Below are positions 19,730 to 29,511 of a stretch of DNA of 64,000 nucleotides, piece after piece; positions within the stretch are counted from its first letter, which is position 1; each line of letters begins with the position of its first letter. The stretch comes from Candidatus Omnitrophota bacterium. Its GTDB lineage: Bacteria; Omnitrophota; Gorgyraeia; Zapsychrales; Zapsychraceae. A model generated the notes under the pieces. It did no database searches, had not been told where the DNA came from, and saw only the letters and a program-made list of their open reading frames with translations. The stretch covers positions 219,346 to 283,345 of the forward strand of contig JBFWOS010000001.1 in assembly GCA_050250375.1 (NCBI GenBank), read 5' to 3'. Both the position numbers and the translations under genes were made by a program.

Positions 19730-20749
19730 TTAATTGAGGGCACGCCCCAGCTGTTTGGAAACACACTCTGCCCATTGATTATTCATATCGGCGTTCGGAT
19801 GCCCATCGCCAGGCAGACCGTACTCACTGGTCATTAGAGGACATTGAAGAAAATTGATGCCATGTGACAAAACAAAATCAGAATACTGAGCATATTTCTG
19901 TGCATCGGCCTGAAGAATAAGCACAGAGAACTTGACTCCTTGTTCACGGCAATAACGATCCATATCTAACAACAAAAATTCCAGCACCTTGTCTTTATAC
20001 CGCTCTCTCCTTCGGGAAACAATCTGCATCACAGCTTTAAGAATCAGCCGGGGCATGACAAATTTCGAAACTGCCCGGCTATAGGGATACCCCAAAAAAA
20101 TCTCCGAATGAAAATCCATCCCGTCCACTGATTTGATATACGGAAACCTCACCTTACCCGAATGCGCCCTAAGTACAAAATCCTCCACCCATGAAGCAGC
20201 CGCGACATTCCGCTCTTCATGTTCCTGAATCAATCCGTAAATAACCAGCCGGGCACCCGTCGTCTTGGGTATAATTTCTTTCATATATAAACTTGTCTGG
20301 TATGTGCCATACCCCATAACACCATAATTCCGGACTGTAATATCCGGTTGGTTTTCCTGAAACTTCCAGGACAGGGTTTCATCATCATCAAGCCCCTGTC
20401 CAAAGACGAAAGACCCTCCCAAAAAAAACACCGACTGTTCCGCGGACCTATCGGAACCGCCGGTATCCCTGCCACGCAATTCATGTAAGGTATACTGGAT
20501 CCCTTTCTCCCCTTCCGCAGTAAAAACGTCATAACTCCCGCTCCTCAGCCTCCATCCCAATGTATCATCCAAAGCTATCATGTTCAGCTCGCGGAACGGC
20601 CCCTCGCCCGGATTTTTGAAAAATTTACTCCCCATAAAAAACTCGACACACAAAAAGAAAATAATCACCGCTATACCTATAACAGCGCAATAAACACCCA
20701 GATGATTTCTGAGTAAAAGAGCCCGAACTTGTCTGTTTTTATTGCCCAT
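19730..20749 (-). CDS. SGNH/GDSL-like membrane-anchored protein
   Basis: FLGGSFVFG, NYGVMGYG, DGHPN. Confidence 0.75.
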   Translation of the reverse strand: MGNKNRQVRALLLRNHLGVYCAVIGIAVIIFFLCVEFFMGSKFFKNPGEGPFRELNMIALDDTLGWRLRSGSYDVFTAEGEKGIQYTLHELRGRDTGGSDRSAEQSVFFLGGSFVFGQGLDDDETLSWKFQENQPDITVRNYGVMGYGTYQTSLYMKEIIPKTTGARLVIYGLIQEHEERNVAAASWVEDFVLRAHSGKVRFPYIKSVDGMDFHSEIFLGYPYSRAVSKFVMPRLILKAVMQIVSRRRERYKDKVLEFLLLDMDRYCREQGVKFSVLILQADAQKYAQYSDFVLSHGINFLQCPLMTSEYGLPGDGHPNADMNNQWAECVSKQLGRALN

Positions 20750-20818
20750 AAAATATACCCTTCGTGTTCTATAAGAAAATTTAGTTTATCATTAAACGTG
20801 AACGGAGAAAATAATTAA

Positions 20819-21015
20819 TAGGGACGGAGGTGATTTATTGAACAAACGCTAAAAGCAGGGTGCGACCCTATTTATTCAACGTTAAACGTTACACGTTACT
20901 CCTTAAACCCCATTCTCCCTCTTCCCTCTTTTTCCATTATCACACCCCCCATCAATTAATTTGCACAACAGTCAAAATTCTTATCCCTTATCACTGCTTT
21001 CGATCCCTGATCACT
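20819..21015. repeat. ~200-bp direct repeat, copy 1
   Basis: Near-identical to 21922-22146. Confidence 0.95.
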
Positions 21016-21053
21016 GATTAGGGCGCTGTCCCGTATCTTAATCTTGTTCGTCA

Positions 21054-21878
21054 CTAATCCAAAATCACAGCCCTCAGATCACTGACCGCACCCTTCGTTC
21101 CCGCATCCCTGATCTCCGATCCCTTGATCCACTGCCCCCCGTTCTGCTCAATTTTTTGAATCACGGCCGGCTGATCAGGGTCAAGCTCCAGGGATTTCGC
21201 CCAATACTCCATGGCCTTTTCAGGGTTGTTCATGGACCGGTAAACGTCCCCCAGATGATCACTGATGGCCGGGTCTTTATACAGACGATCAGCTTTTTGT
21301 AAATTCGCGAGGGCCAGGTCTTCCCGTCCCTGTTTATAATAAGCCCAGCCCAAACTGTCATAATAGGCGCCGTTCCCGGGCCTCAACCTGATGGCCTTTT
21401 GAACCATTTCCGTCGCCTCCGCCAGGTTCACGGACGCGTCGATATACAAATACCCGAGCGTGTTGAGCGCGTCGGGGTTGTTGGGAGAATACTTCAGGGA
21501 CTTTTGAATCGTTTTGACGGCCTGGTCCTTCTGGCCGGTCTCCATATAAAGATAACCCAGCTGATATAAAGCGTGTCCGTCTTTTGGTTTTAATTCACAC
21601 AACCGGACGAATACGGCCAGAGATTCGTCGTACTTTTTTCGTTCATAATACGCCTGGCCCAATAAAATAAGTGCCTCCGTATCGTTGGGATACTTTTTCA
21701 GGTGTTCGGTTAAGACAAACTCCATGGTCTCCACCGCCTTTTCCATATCGCCCCGCTGGGCGTATTCTTTGGCGGCCATATAATCAAAATAAAGTTCCGG
21801 AGAATATCGATCCATCGTCGAAACGCAGCCCGTCAATGACACCGTGCCCAGGAACAAAATGAAAATTTTACAACGCAT
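21054..21878 (-). CDS. TPR lipoprotein
   Basis: Lipobox LTGC; ALNTLGY, YYDSLGWAYY, DHLGDVY TPRs. Confidence 0.88.
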   Translation of the reverse strand: MRCKIFILFLGTVSLTGCVSTMDRYSPELYFDYMAAKEYAQRGDMEKAVETMEFVLTEHLKKYPNDTEALILLGQAYYERKKYDESLAVFVRLCELKPKDGHALYQLGYLYMETGQKDQAVKTIQKSLKYSPNNPDALNTLGYLYIDASVNLAEATEMVQKAIRLRPGNGAYYDSLGWAYYKQGREDLALANLQKADRLYKDPAISDHLGDVYRSMNNPEKAMEYWAKSLELDPDQPAVIQKIEQNGGQWIKGSEIRDAGTKGAVSDLRAVILD

Positions 21879-21921
21879 TGATTCCCCTTTAGATTACCAT
21901 TAGAAAATAATTAGGAATAAT

Positions 21922-22146
21922 TAGGGACGGAGGCGATTTATTGAACAAACGCTAAAAACAGGGTGCGACCCTATTTATTCAACGTTAAACGTTACACGTT
22001 ACTCCTTAAACCCCATTCTCCCTCTTCCCTCTTTTTCCATTATCACACCCCCCATCAATTAATTTGCACAACAGTCAAAATTCTTATCCCTTATCACTTA
22101 TCCCTTATCACTTATCCCTTATCACTGCTTTCGATCCCTGATCACT
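21922..22146. repeat. ~200-bp direct repeat, copy 2 (three ttatcccttatcac units versus one)
   Basis: Direct sequence comparison. Confidence 0.95.
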
Positions 22147-22606
22147 TCTTCAACGTATTCAAATATTTTTGATATTGTTCCTGCTGATCCGCCCACCGAG
22201 TTAGTATCTTATCAAAAGCATCTATTTGTTTTTTCTGTCTTTCCAAATTCATTTCTGTTTTCTCTAACTGCAGCTTACTCTGTTCCATTTGCCGCTTTTG
22301 CTCTTCTAATAGCAATTTATATTCCTTTTCTAATAGCCTGCCTGATTCTAAATGTTTCCTGGTCTCTTCTTGTTGTCGCTTTGCCTCATTCATTCTAGTG
22401 TTATAATCTTCCACTTGCTGTTGATAGATCTTTTTACTTTCTTGCTGCCTTATTTCATTCTCCCTCACCTGTCTGTCATATTCTTCCACCTGCCTTTCAT
22501 AATCTGATTTCTGAGTTTTCCCTTCAGCATGCACGTTGAAACATATTGTTGCCGCAAAAATTATTAAGAAAATCCCGCCGGATAAATTTTTTATACCCTT
22601 GTTCAT
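22142..22606 (-). CDS. Secreted coiled-coil protein
   Basis: Signal peptide, E/Q/K-rich heptads. Confidence 0.7.
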   Translation of the reverse strand: MNKGIKNLSGGIFLIIFAATICFNVHAEGKTQKSDYERQVEEYDRQVRENEIRQQESKKIYQQQVEDYNTRMNEAKRQQEETRKHLESGRLLEKEYKLLLEEQKRQMEQSKLQLEKTEMNLERQKKQIDAFDKILTRWADQQEQYQKYLNTLKK

Positions 22607-22678
22607 ATGTCTCCTTTCGATGGTGGTAATCGTTTCCCTTTGAAATTCATATAAGCTTTTGTGAAAAATTCCGGGATT

Positions 22679-23866
22679 TCATGGGGCAAACCTCTTCATT
22701 TTCTCTTTGTCATCATCATATAAGACCAGTACAACAGGCCTGTCCGCCCCGACTTTGTCCAGCCGGCTCTGCAGATCGGCGAAATGCTCGACAAGGTCTT
22801 CATCATCCCAGTATTCCTTATATACGAGCAGCTGGTATTCATACACCTGCGTCTTTTCCTGCAGGCGGATGATCCACTCTTCTTCCTCTTCAAACAATTT
22901 CGCGCCGCGGCTGGCCTCGATGATGCGGTGCACCGCGTCATACTTCATTTCCGGCGGATAATAAATAGTGTTGTCATATTCACCAAAAACGACCGACTCT
23001 CCCTCAAAATACGGAGCGGTCCATAGTGAATAAGCCCCGGTGATCATCAGCGCCCCGGAAACAAAGACAGCCAGCGCAAGGCTTTTTCGGCTGGGGACAT
23101 CCGCGCGGTCATCGCGGGAATCTGTGCGCTGAATATCCGGACGGCCCACGGGCCTGGCCAGGTCAAGACGATCCGTTATATCCGCGTAAAAAAGACAGAT
23201 GCCGACAGACCAAAGCGCACCCAGAAAATTCCACGGAATACACAACAGGGCCCCCTGCAGGGGCGATTTCTGTTCCGGGAGTAAAACGGCCAACCCCAGT
23301 GACCCGAAAATATAGATCACGAAAGCCAACAATCCGAATTTAAAATAACGCAGGCACTGGCCCTGCATACAGGTTTCACTCTTGGACAGCGCGTCGGAAA
23401 CGTCCAGATCATCAAAGATCAGGATTGGAGCAGCCATTGCCAGTTGACACGCCTTCTTGATCCCGGGAACAATCAAAAGTAAAACCTTCAAAAAAATCCG
23501 CTTGGCCGCAACCAGCAGGCACCCGAGCAGGTTCGAATAATAGCGGCCAGCCAGCGACATCACCTCACCTGGAGTAACCTTTTCCCGGTTAGACATCTTC
23601 TTGACCGTGACTATATGAATGGCAAAGATGTAACTGCCGACAAACAGTTCAACGATACCGGATATCCGGTAATAGATCCTCATCTGTTTCCAGAAATCAG
23701 TTTCCAGACGGGAAGATACCACCTCGTTGAAATAGTCAAAAGGAAAATAAATAAGCGCCGGGAGGATAAAAAAGATAAACGGATATTTGAGAACACAGGC
23801 CCACATATCCTGGTGAAGCTGGGCGAAACTTCTATTTTTCTGCGGCTGTTTGATGATTTGATCCAA
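22679..23866 (-). CDS. Hypothetical polytopic membrane protein
   Basis: Several TM segments plus soluble C-terminal domain. Confidence 0.7.
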   Translation of the reverse strand: MDQIIKQPQKNRSFAQLHQDMWACVLKYPFIFFILPALIYFPFDYFNEVVSSRLETDFWKQMRIYYRISGIVELFVGSYIFAIHIVTVKKMSNREKVTPGEVMSLAGRYYSNLLGCLLVAAKRIFLKVLLLIVPGIKKACQLAMAAPILIFDDLDVSDALSKSETCMQGQCLRYFKFGLLAFVIYIFGSLGLAVLLPEQKSPLQGALLCIPWNFLGALWSVGICLFYADITDRLDLARPVGRPDIQRTDSRDDRADVPSRKSLALAVFVSGALMITGAYSLWTAPYFEGESVVFGEYDNTIYYPPEMKYDAVHRIIEASRGAKLFEEEEEWIIRLQEKTQVYEYQLLVYKEYWDDEDLVEHFADLQSRLDKVGADRPVVLVLYDDDKEKMKRFAP

Positions 23867-23936
23867 ACTTCTTTACTCCTGTTTTCTTTTATTATCGCTG
23901 ATCACTGATTATAGTTCGTCCCTATTTATTGGATCT

Positions 23937-24181
23937 TTCAAATCATCATTCCGAGTAAAAAAACCGCCAAACCTAAATAGGAAATGACTTTTGCCATCGT
24001 AAATTTTTTAATATAGATGTTCGATATTCCCAGATAAGTTAATTTCTTAGAAACAATCAAATTCATCACTGTTACAAACCCCAAAAATAACGAATAAAGG
24101 AATTAAAGAGTATGCCCGCATCCCGGAAAATTTGTCCACTAATAATATTTTCTCTTCATTGGTCAATTCCTTGTTATTCAT
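23937..24181 (-). pseudogene. Possible frameshifted small membrane-protein gene
   Basis: ATG overlaps upstream TGA; MNNKELTNEEK... stops early and a hydrophobic frame continues in another frame. Confidence 0.25.
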
Positions 24182-25050
24182 TTTTTGTACTTATAGAATT
24201 CACCCTTACTGTTGCAGTATGCTTGCCGTAAATAAACCCCGATCTTATACTTCTGGGATACTTCATCAAACGTAGGAACAATCGAATATTCCCTCCGGTC
24301 AGTCACAATGCGCCATGGATCATTGTTTTGCTTTTTTCCAGTATAGCTCAACAAGATTTCCGGAGTAACCGTCTTGATTCCATCCAATTCGTTAATCACC
24401 TCGCCATTTTGCATACCGGCTTTTTCAGCCGGCTTATCCGGATATATATCAACCTGCGCCCCACACGCATCGTATTTCGTATGGAAATCGATCGCATTAT
24501 CTACATGAATCCCGATTGTGCTGAAGTATGGATTTATAATCACCGCCAATATTATCCAGGGCAACAAGCCCTCTCGCAGCCCTTCACGCCACCGGCAATA
24601 TACGTAATTCACAAGGGCAGCGAAGGGAAACAAATGCAATACCCCCTGCATAAATCCGACGGAGACGCCCCAAAGGGCTTTAACAATTTCCTGAGAACTT
24701 GCCCACAACCACCACGATCTCGTTTCATGACTAAAAACAAACAAGCAGACGCCAAGTATGGCCGTTATGGCTACACTGACTTTTATATTCGCCAAAGTCG
24801 GCCAGAAAACTTGATACAGGATATTTCTTTTACGGACAGACCATAACCCAAAGCCCACTCCGAAAAACATAATTACATATCCGAGCACCTCATAAATGGT
24901 AGAGTACGGCGAAAGTGTTTTATAATTGTAAATCTCCGACCACCATGCTAATGGAACTAAAAGCAGGGCTATGAATATTTGTGCTACCAGGCACCAGCCG
25001 ATGTACCCGCCCAGTGTGTACCTTAAAATTGTTTTTATCCTATTTTTCAT
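24178..25050 (-). CDS. Membrane protein with C-terminal PDZ domain
   Basis: TM helices; PAEKAGMQNGEVINELDG; likely start MKNRIK. Confidence 0.7.
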   Translation of the reverse strand: MKNRIKTILRYTLGGYIGWCLVAQIFIALLLVPLAWWSEIYNYKTLSPYSTIYEVLGYVIMFFGVGFGLWSVRKRNILYQVFWPTLANIKVSVAITAILGVCLFVFSHETRSWWLWASSQEIVKALWGVSVGFMQGVLHLFPFAALVNYVYCRWREGLREGLLPWIILAVIINPYFSTIGIHVDNAIDFHTKYDACGAQVDIYPDKPAEKAGMQNGEVINELDGIKTVTPEILLSYTGKKQNNDPWRIVTDRREYSIVPTFDEVSQKYKIGVYLRQAYCNSKGEFYKYKK

Positions 25051-25088
25051 ATTTCGGGGACTGTTCCGTTCTCCCGTTCTCAAGTTAA

Positions 25089-25562
25089 TTAATCAGGAGC
25101 AATAACATTGAGAGGCAAGGTTGTATAAAGTGTTCCATTAATGAACACCTCTATCCTATATTCTCCCAGCGGATCACCAGGATGAAAATCATAACAAAAT
25201 GGCCGGATGCCCTGAGCATGCTCAATCGGGGTTTTTATTCCCGAAACAGCAGTGTTGGTATCATACTCTCGAAAAATTCCTGTCAAGTTCTTCGGCGTGG
25301 CAGGAAGATAATGCACCGAATATATTTCATAGGGTTCGTCATTGGGTGGATCAATGAGGAAACAAAACCCAGGACGTCTTGAAGGATCCATTGTGATCTC
25401 ATTAGTTTCGCGAAGCACGTCTTGATTTGCTGTCGCGCTCTCCATGATACCGACTTTAACCAGAAATTCCGATCGTTCTTTTACAGAAAGCGCCGATTCA
25501 TCGCAAAGGCTTGGGGCCGCGAATGACATTAAGATTATTGTGATTAGGATTTCTTTTATCAT
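25089..25562 (-). CDS. Secreted hypothetical protein
   Basis: Signal peptide; GDPLGEYRIEVFING Ig-like end. Confidence 0.65.
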   Translation of the reverse strand: MIKEILITIILMSFAAPSLCDESALSVKERSEFLVKVGIMESATANQDVLRETNEITMDPSRRPGFCFLIDPPNDEPYEIYSVHYLPATPKNLTGIFREYDTNTAVSGIKTPIEHAQGIRPFCYDFHPGDPLGEYRIEVFINGTLYTTLPLNVIAPD

Positions 25563-25653
25563 TGTGCGTTATTTTGATAAAGGGAACGGGTCAGCTCAAG
25601 CCTCTTCAATTTCCCTCTGTCCCTTTTCGGGGACTATCCCGTTCTCCTGATAT

Positions 25654-26277
25654 TTAATTGTCTCCAAATCCAAACTCAGGACCATCCAGATTATCATCCT
25701 CGGGATCATTTCGATTGATTATCCGCTCCTTAAGAAGTATAAACTCTTCCTCGGTTATATCGCCGTTTTTCTTCAAGATACTGAGATTATTGAGCTGCGT
25801 GACGATCGGTAACCCATCCGAGCTGGGTAAATAGGCATTGCGCACATACTCGCGTTTTTGTTGCAACATGGCTACAACAAATAGATCCACTGCTTTTTGG
25901 GATGGATTATTTTTTAGCAGGGCGAGCTCGCGACTGCCTGTGGAAAACAGAATAAACGTTCGCCGTGAAAGCAGATACATCCCCACCGAGATTATGGTCC
26001 CGCTCGACCAAGCAATGAGATTCTCCTGCAAAGTGGCCGCATCCTTTCTTCCAAATCCGAACCACACACAGAGGACCAGGAACATCAAGCATATAGCTCC
26101 AGCGGTAAACCAGCCCTTGGAAGAAACACCCACCTCTACCGGATGAGCGGTCACTTCTTCGAAGGGTACGATATACCGGTGTGAAGAGAACCACCGCTCC
26201 AGATGCACGTTGACCCCGCCGCTGTCGACCTCAAATGTGTTTTTACCTGAAGGGTATTTTTGGACAAGTTTTTTCAT
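25654..26277 (-). CDS. Two-TM protein with SHOCT-like C-terminus
   Basis: LNNLSILKKNGDITEEEFILLKERII. Confidence 0.7.
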   Translation of the reverse strand: MKKLVQKYPSGKNTFEVDSGGVNVHLERWFSSHRYIVPFEEVTAHPVEVGVSSKGWFTAGAICLMFLVLCVWFGFGRKDAATLQENLIAWSSGTIISVGMYLLSRRTFILFSTGSRELALLKNNPSQKAVDLFVVAMLQQKREYVRNAYLPSSDGLPIVTQLNNLSILKKNGDITEEEFILLKERIINRNDPEDDNLDGPEFGFGDN

Positions 26278-26423
26278 GTTAGTTTTTCTGTTTTTTAATT
26301 AATAAATTGGGACGAAGGTGATTTATTGTACAACCGCTAAAAGCAGGGTGCGTCCCTATTTATTTCCAAACACTAAAGCAGGAGCCGTCACTAGTTATTT
26401 TATTTAAGAAACCCGTTCTTGCT

Positions 26424-27674
26424 CTATTCCCATGACAATCCTGCTCCATGGATTTTTAAATCAACATTGTTACTGGTCGTAATTTTATAACTCATCTCCG
26501 TATCTGTTGGTGTGGAAAGGGTCACAGTTCCCGTCAGAATACGCCGATTGTTTTCGAAATTACCCACATCGCTGAGGGCCACTTCATCCCATGTACCACC
26601 GTTATCCGAACTGATGTAAGCTTGGATATCGGGAGACCCTCCACCCACAGTTACAGGATCTATGTCTTCTTCCAAAATGACGATTTTTGCGTCTGTAGGG
26701 GCCGCTTCCGCATCGATTTGCTGAGATACCAGCGTCATATTACCGCCTGATGGTTGAACAAAATGTTGCCGTTCAATGGTGAACGGTTCTGTTGCAATAT
26801 TTATCGTATCAGTTTTATTGGAGTTTGGAGCGGCGTTATAAATATTTTGTGTCGACGCAAAGGCGTGATCAACATATCCATCCAGATATGAGCCCCCTCC
26901 TCCTGAGGAACTACCAATGTATATATGGGAGTTTTGTCCGATGGATTGAATCGTTCCGGTTGCGTATCCTGTTTGCTTGCCATTGAGATAAAGGCCCAGA
27001 TTATTTCCATCTCTGATAAAAGCCACGTGATACCATTCATCAGTGTTTAACGTCCCGGTCGAGGTCACGTAAACATTAGAACCATCATTGGTCATAGCGA
27101 ATATTTTACCATCGCCGGAGCTTTCTCCCAGCCGAATTTCCAGTTCATCGTTTCCGGAACCGATTCTTTGATGGAATATTTCCTGATACCCATCTGTATC
27201 ATTAAACCTTACCCAGGCCGCATAAGTAAAATCACCAGTAGCGGGACTAAGATTATTCCCGGAAGCGGTTACTTTAACATAATCCCCGGAACCGTCTAAC
27301 ATAAGGGATGTTACGCCTGACATTTGTTGACTGTCGTCAAGTCTGGCATTTCCGAAGAAGTCAACTGGATGACGCCGGACAGTCCGGTCAAAATCGCTTA
27401 CAGCATCATCATCGCCGTCAAAAGCCAGCCAAACAAGCATATTCGCGTTAGGAGCCCATGACTGTATTACATAATCAAAGTTAGTAGAATCGGTGGAATT
27501 GATAAAATAATCGGTGATGTAGGCGTCCATATATCCATCCTTAAACCGGGCCGCATCTATCCCAATAGCAACTGCCGTTCGATAAGCATTAAGACTGATA
27601 TTGGTGTCAACTTGTGCATATAATGGGGGCGATCCTAATAAAAACGCAATCCCTAAAATTATTATTTTTCGCAC
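26424..27674 (-). CDS. Secreted LamG/concanavalin-A-like domain protein
   Basis: SLMLDGSGDY, DFTYAAWV, WYHVAF, YLDGYVD. Confidence 0.8.
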   Translation of the reverse strand: MRKIIILGIAFLLGSPPLYAQVDTNISLNAYRTAVAIGIDAARFKDGYMDAYITDYFINSTDSTNFDYVIQSWAPNANMLVWLAFDGDDDAVSDFDRTVRRHPVDFFGNARLDDSQQMSGVTSLMLDGSGDYVKVTASGNNLSPATGDFTYAAWVRFNDTDGYQEIFHQRIGSGNDELEIRLGESSGDGKIFAMTNDGSNVYVTSTGTLNTDEWYHVAFIRDGNNLGLYLNGKQTGYATGTIQSIGQNSHIYIGSSSGGGGSYLDGYVDHAFASTQNIYNAAPNSNKTDTINIATEPFTIERQHFVQPSGGNMTLVSQQIDAEAAPTDAKIVILEEDIDPVTVGGGSPDIQAYISSDNGGTWDEVALSDVGNFENNRRILTGTVTLSTPTDTEMSYKITTSNNVDLKIHGAGLSWE

Positions 27675-27904
27675 GTTATCCTCCTTAATAATGATATGTT
27701 AGTAATACGTTAAAAATCACATTTTTTGTATGCACCTGGATCTCTTGACTCCGGTTTATCGTTCTTCGAAGAAAATTACTATCTCCTTTCCGGTACAGGT
27801 TCCATATGAAATTCCGCCAAGTGATGGAATTCTTGAAAACTGAGCAGGGAAGCTGAATAATTAGGGGCGGAGGACAAACACTAAAAGCAGGGATGCGTCG
27901 CTTA

Positions 27905-28162
27905 TTATTTAACTTCATCCAACAACAATTCATCTCCTCCCTGGCGTAAAATCCATCTTTTATGTTCAGGATCAACTTCATTCAATTCAATTTGAACCAA
28001 TCCATCTCCTCGGCGTTTTACACGATAAAAAATTAAAGGAACGGCCTCTCTTGTGGAACCAAAAGTGATTTCTGTATCATCTGAATATCCCTGAAGATCC
28101 TCTCTCAGCCTCCCTATAGTTATTCTGCTCTCTCTTTCTACCTGATCAGGATTCCTTTGCAT
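27905..28162 (-). CDS. Small hypothetical protein
   Basis: SD aaggagg; bounded by repeat element. Confidence 0.6.
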   Translation of the reverse strand: MQRNPDQVERESRITIGRLREDLQGYSDDTEITFGSTREAVPLIFYRVKRRGDGLVQIELNEVDPEHKRWILRQGGDELLLDEVK

Positions 28163-28264
28163 TAAATCCTCCTTAATTAATCAATTTTATATAATTTCTT
28201 TAATGAAAAACGGCATTATTTTTCGACAATCGGCAATATTATATTTATTCTCATTCGAATACTC

Positions 28265-28717
28265 TCAGTACGGGAACCGATAAATTTTTGCCACCCATCT
28301 TTCATCTGGTGTAAATTCTAACAATAATTCAGCATCAAGTTGAGGCGGCCTTAACCCATTCAGATCTATTGTGTCAACGTGCACTTGACCCTTCGAATCC
28401 CACCACGTATTTAAGTCCTCACTATACCACCAATGAATGCGCACTTCCTCGGGAAAGGGCATACGATACATAAATGAACCCGCTGAGGCCCCTGCAGTAA
28501 GAATCCCGCAGGGAGGCTCGTATTTAAATCCTTCCAGTTTTCGAACGACAATGTCGCGGGAACTCGCGTTTTGGATCTTGATATTTCCATTAAACGTACC
28601 ACAGCCGGTCAGCAAAAAAGTAGACAGCAAAAAGATGAACGTATGTTTGAATTCGACTTTCGTAATTTTCATAACGGGTATATTTTGAAAGCACCAAGAC
28701 AGGTCAAGCCCCTTCAA
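28265..28717 (-). CDS. Hypothetical lipoprotein (start probably MKITKV)
   Basis: Lipobox LTGC. Confidence 0.6.
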   Translation of the reverse strand: MKGLDLSWCFQNIPVMKITKVEFKHTFIFLLSTFLLTGCGTFNGNIKIQNASSRDIVVRKLEGFKYEPPCGILTAGASAGSFMYRMPFPEEVRIHWWYSEDLNTWWDSKGQVHVDTIDLNGLRPPQLDAELLLEFTPDERWVAKIYRFPY

Positions 28718-28748
28718 TTTCCCTCTGTCCTTTTCTACTTTCTCCTAT

Positions 28749-29300
28749 TTATTTTTCTGATCGAAAAACTGCATTAGTTCCTTTATTTTTCATAGTCTTT
28801 AGCAAATTATATAAACTTTTTGTTTCCTTGTAATATTCAATATTGTCGAAGAACCAGGCACGGTGCATTTCTAATATATCGTTAACCCATGGTTCAAAAA
28901 AAGACCACCCTTCTTTTTTATATTCATTGTTAAAAAGATCTTCAATATAACCACCAACCCACCTAACATATACTTCATACTCTATTTTCTTATCACCTTG
29001 AAAGGAATTCATATAAGTTGATGTTTTTGTTTTATCATTAAATTCTGGGTATTTAATTGACTCTTTCATAATGTCATTCCATACGCTAGTTAGATACATA
29101 TACTTCGTGTTTTTAGCATTCTCTCTAACCTGATAACAAGTAAAAAAAAATCCAAATAAAGTTAGTATGATAAAAATGATTTTGTTGTTTTCATTGACCC
29201 AAGATATAAATTTTTTTTTAAATTTACAGAGAATAATGAATATGACTAGCACAATCATTATTAGACTTTCTAAAAGATAATTCTGAAGTATGTATAACAT
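28749..29300 (-). CDS. AT-rich membrane-anchored hypothetical protein
   Basis: Two TM helices plus helical domain; likely start MLYILQ. Confidence 0.6.
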   Translation of the reverse strand: MLYILQNYLLESLIMIVLVIFIILCKFKKKFISWVNENNKIIFIILTLFGFFFTCYQVRENAKNTKYMYLTSVWNDIMKESIKYPEFNDKTKTSTYMNSFQGDKKIEYEVYVRWVGGYIEDLFNNEYKKEGWSFFEPWVNDILEMHRAWFFDNIEYYKETKSLYNLLKTMKNKGTNAVFRSEK

Positions 29301-29511
29301 AGCGGCCTCTTTCAAATCACATATTTTTAGATTTAATAGAAAGAAACGGAAACAGTTCAAACCTCGTCAATTTCCCTCTGTCGCATTTGGGGGACTATCA
29401 CATTCTCTGCAGTGACCTGGCACAACGGGCTAACCGTTTCCTTCTTCCTTCTTCTTACTTCCCTCTTTTAACCAATCCTTCCCGCCAATCAACCCGTCCT
29501 GTCCCGTTCTC

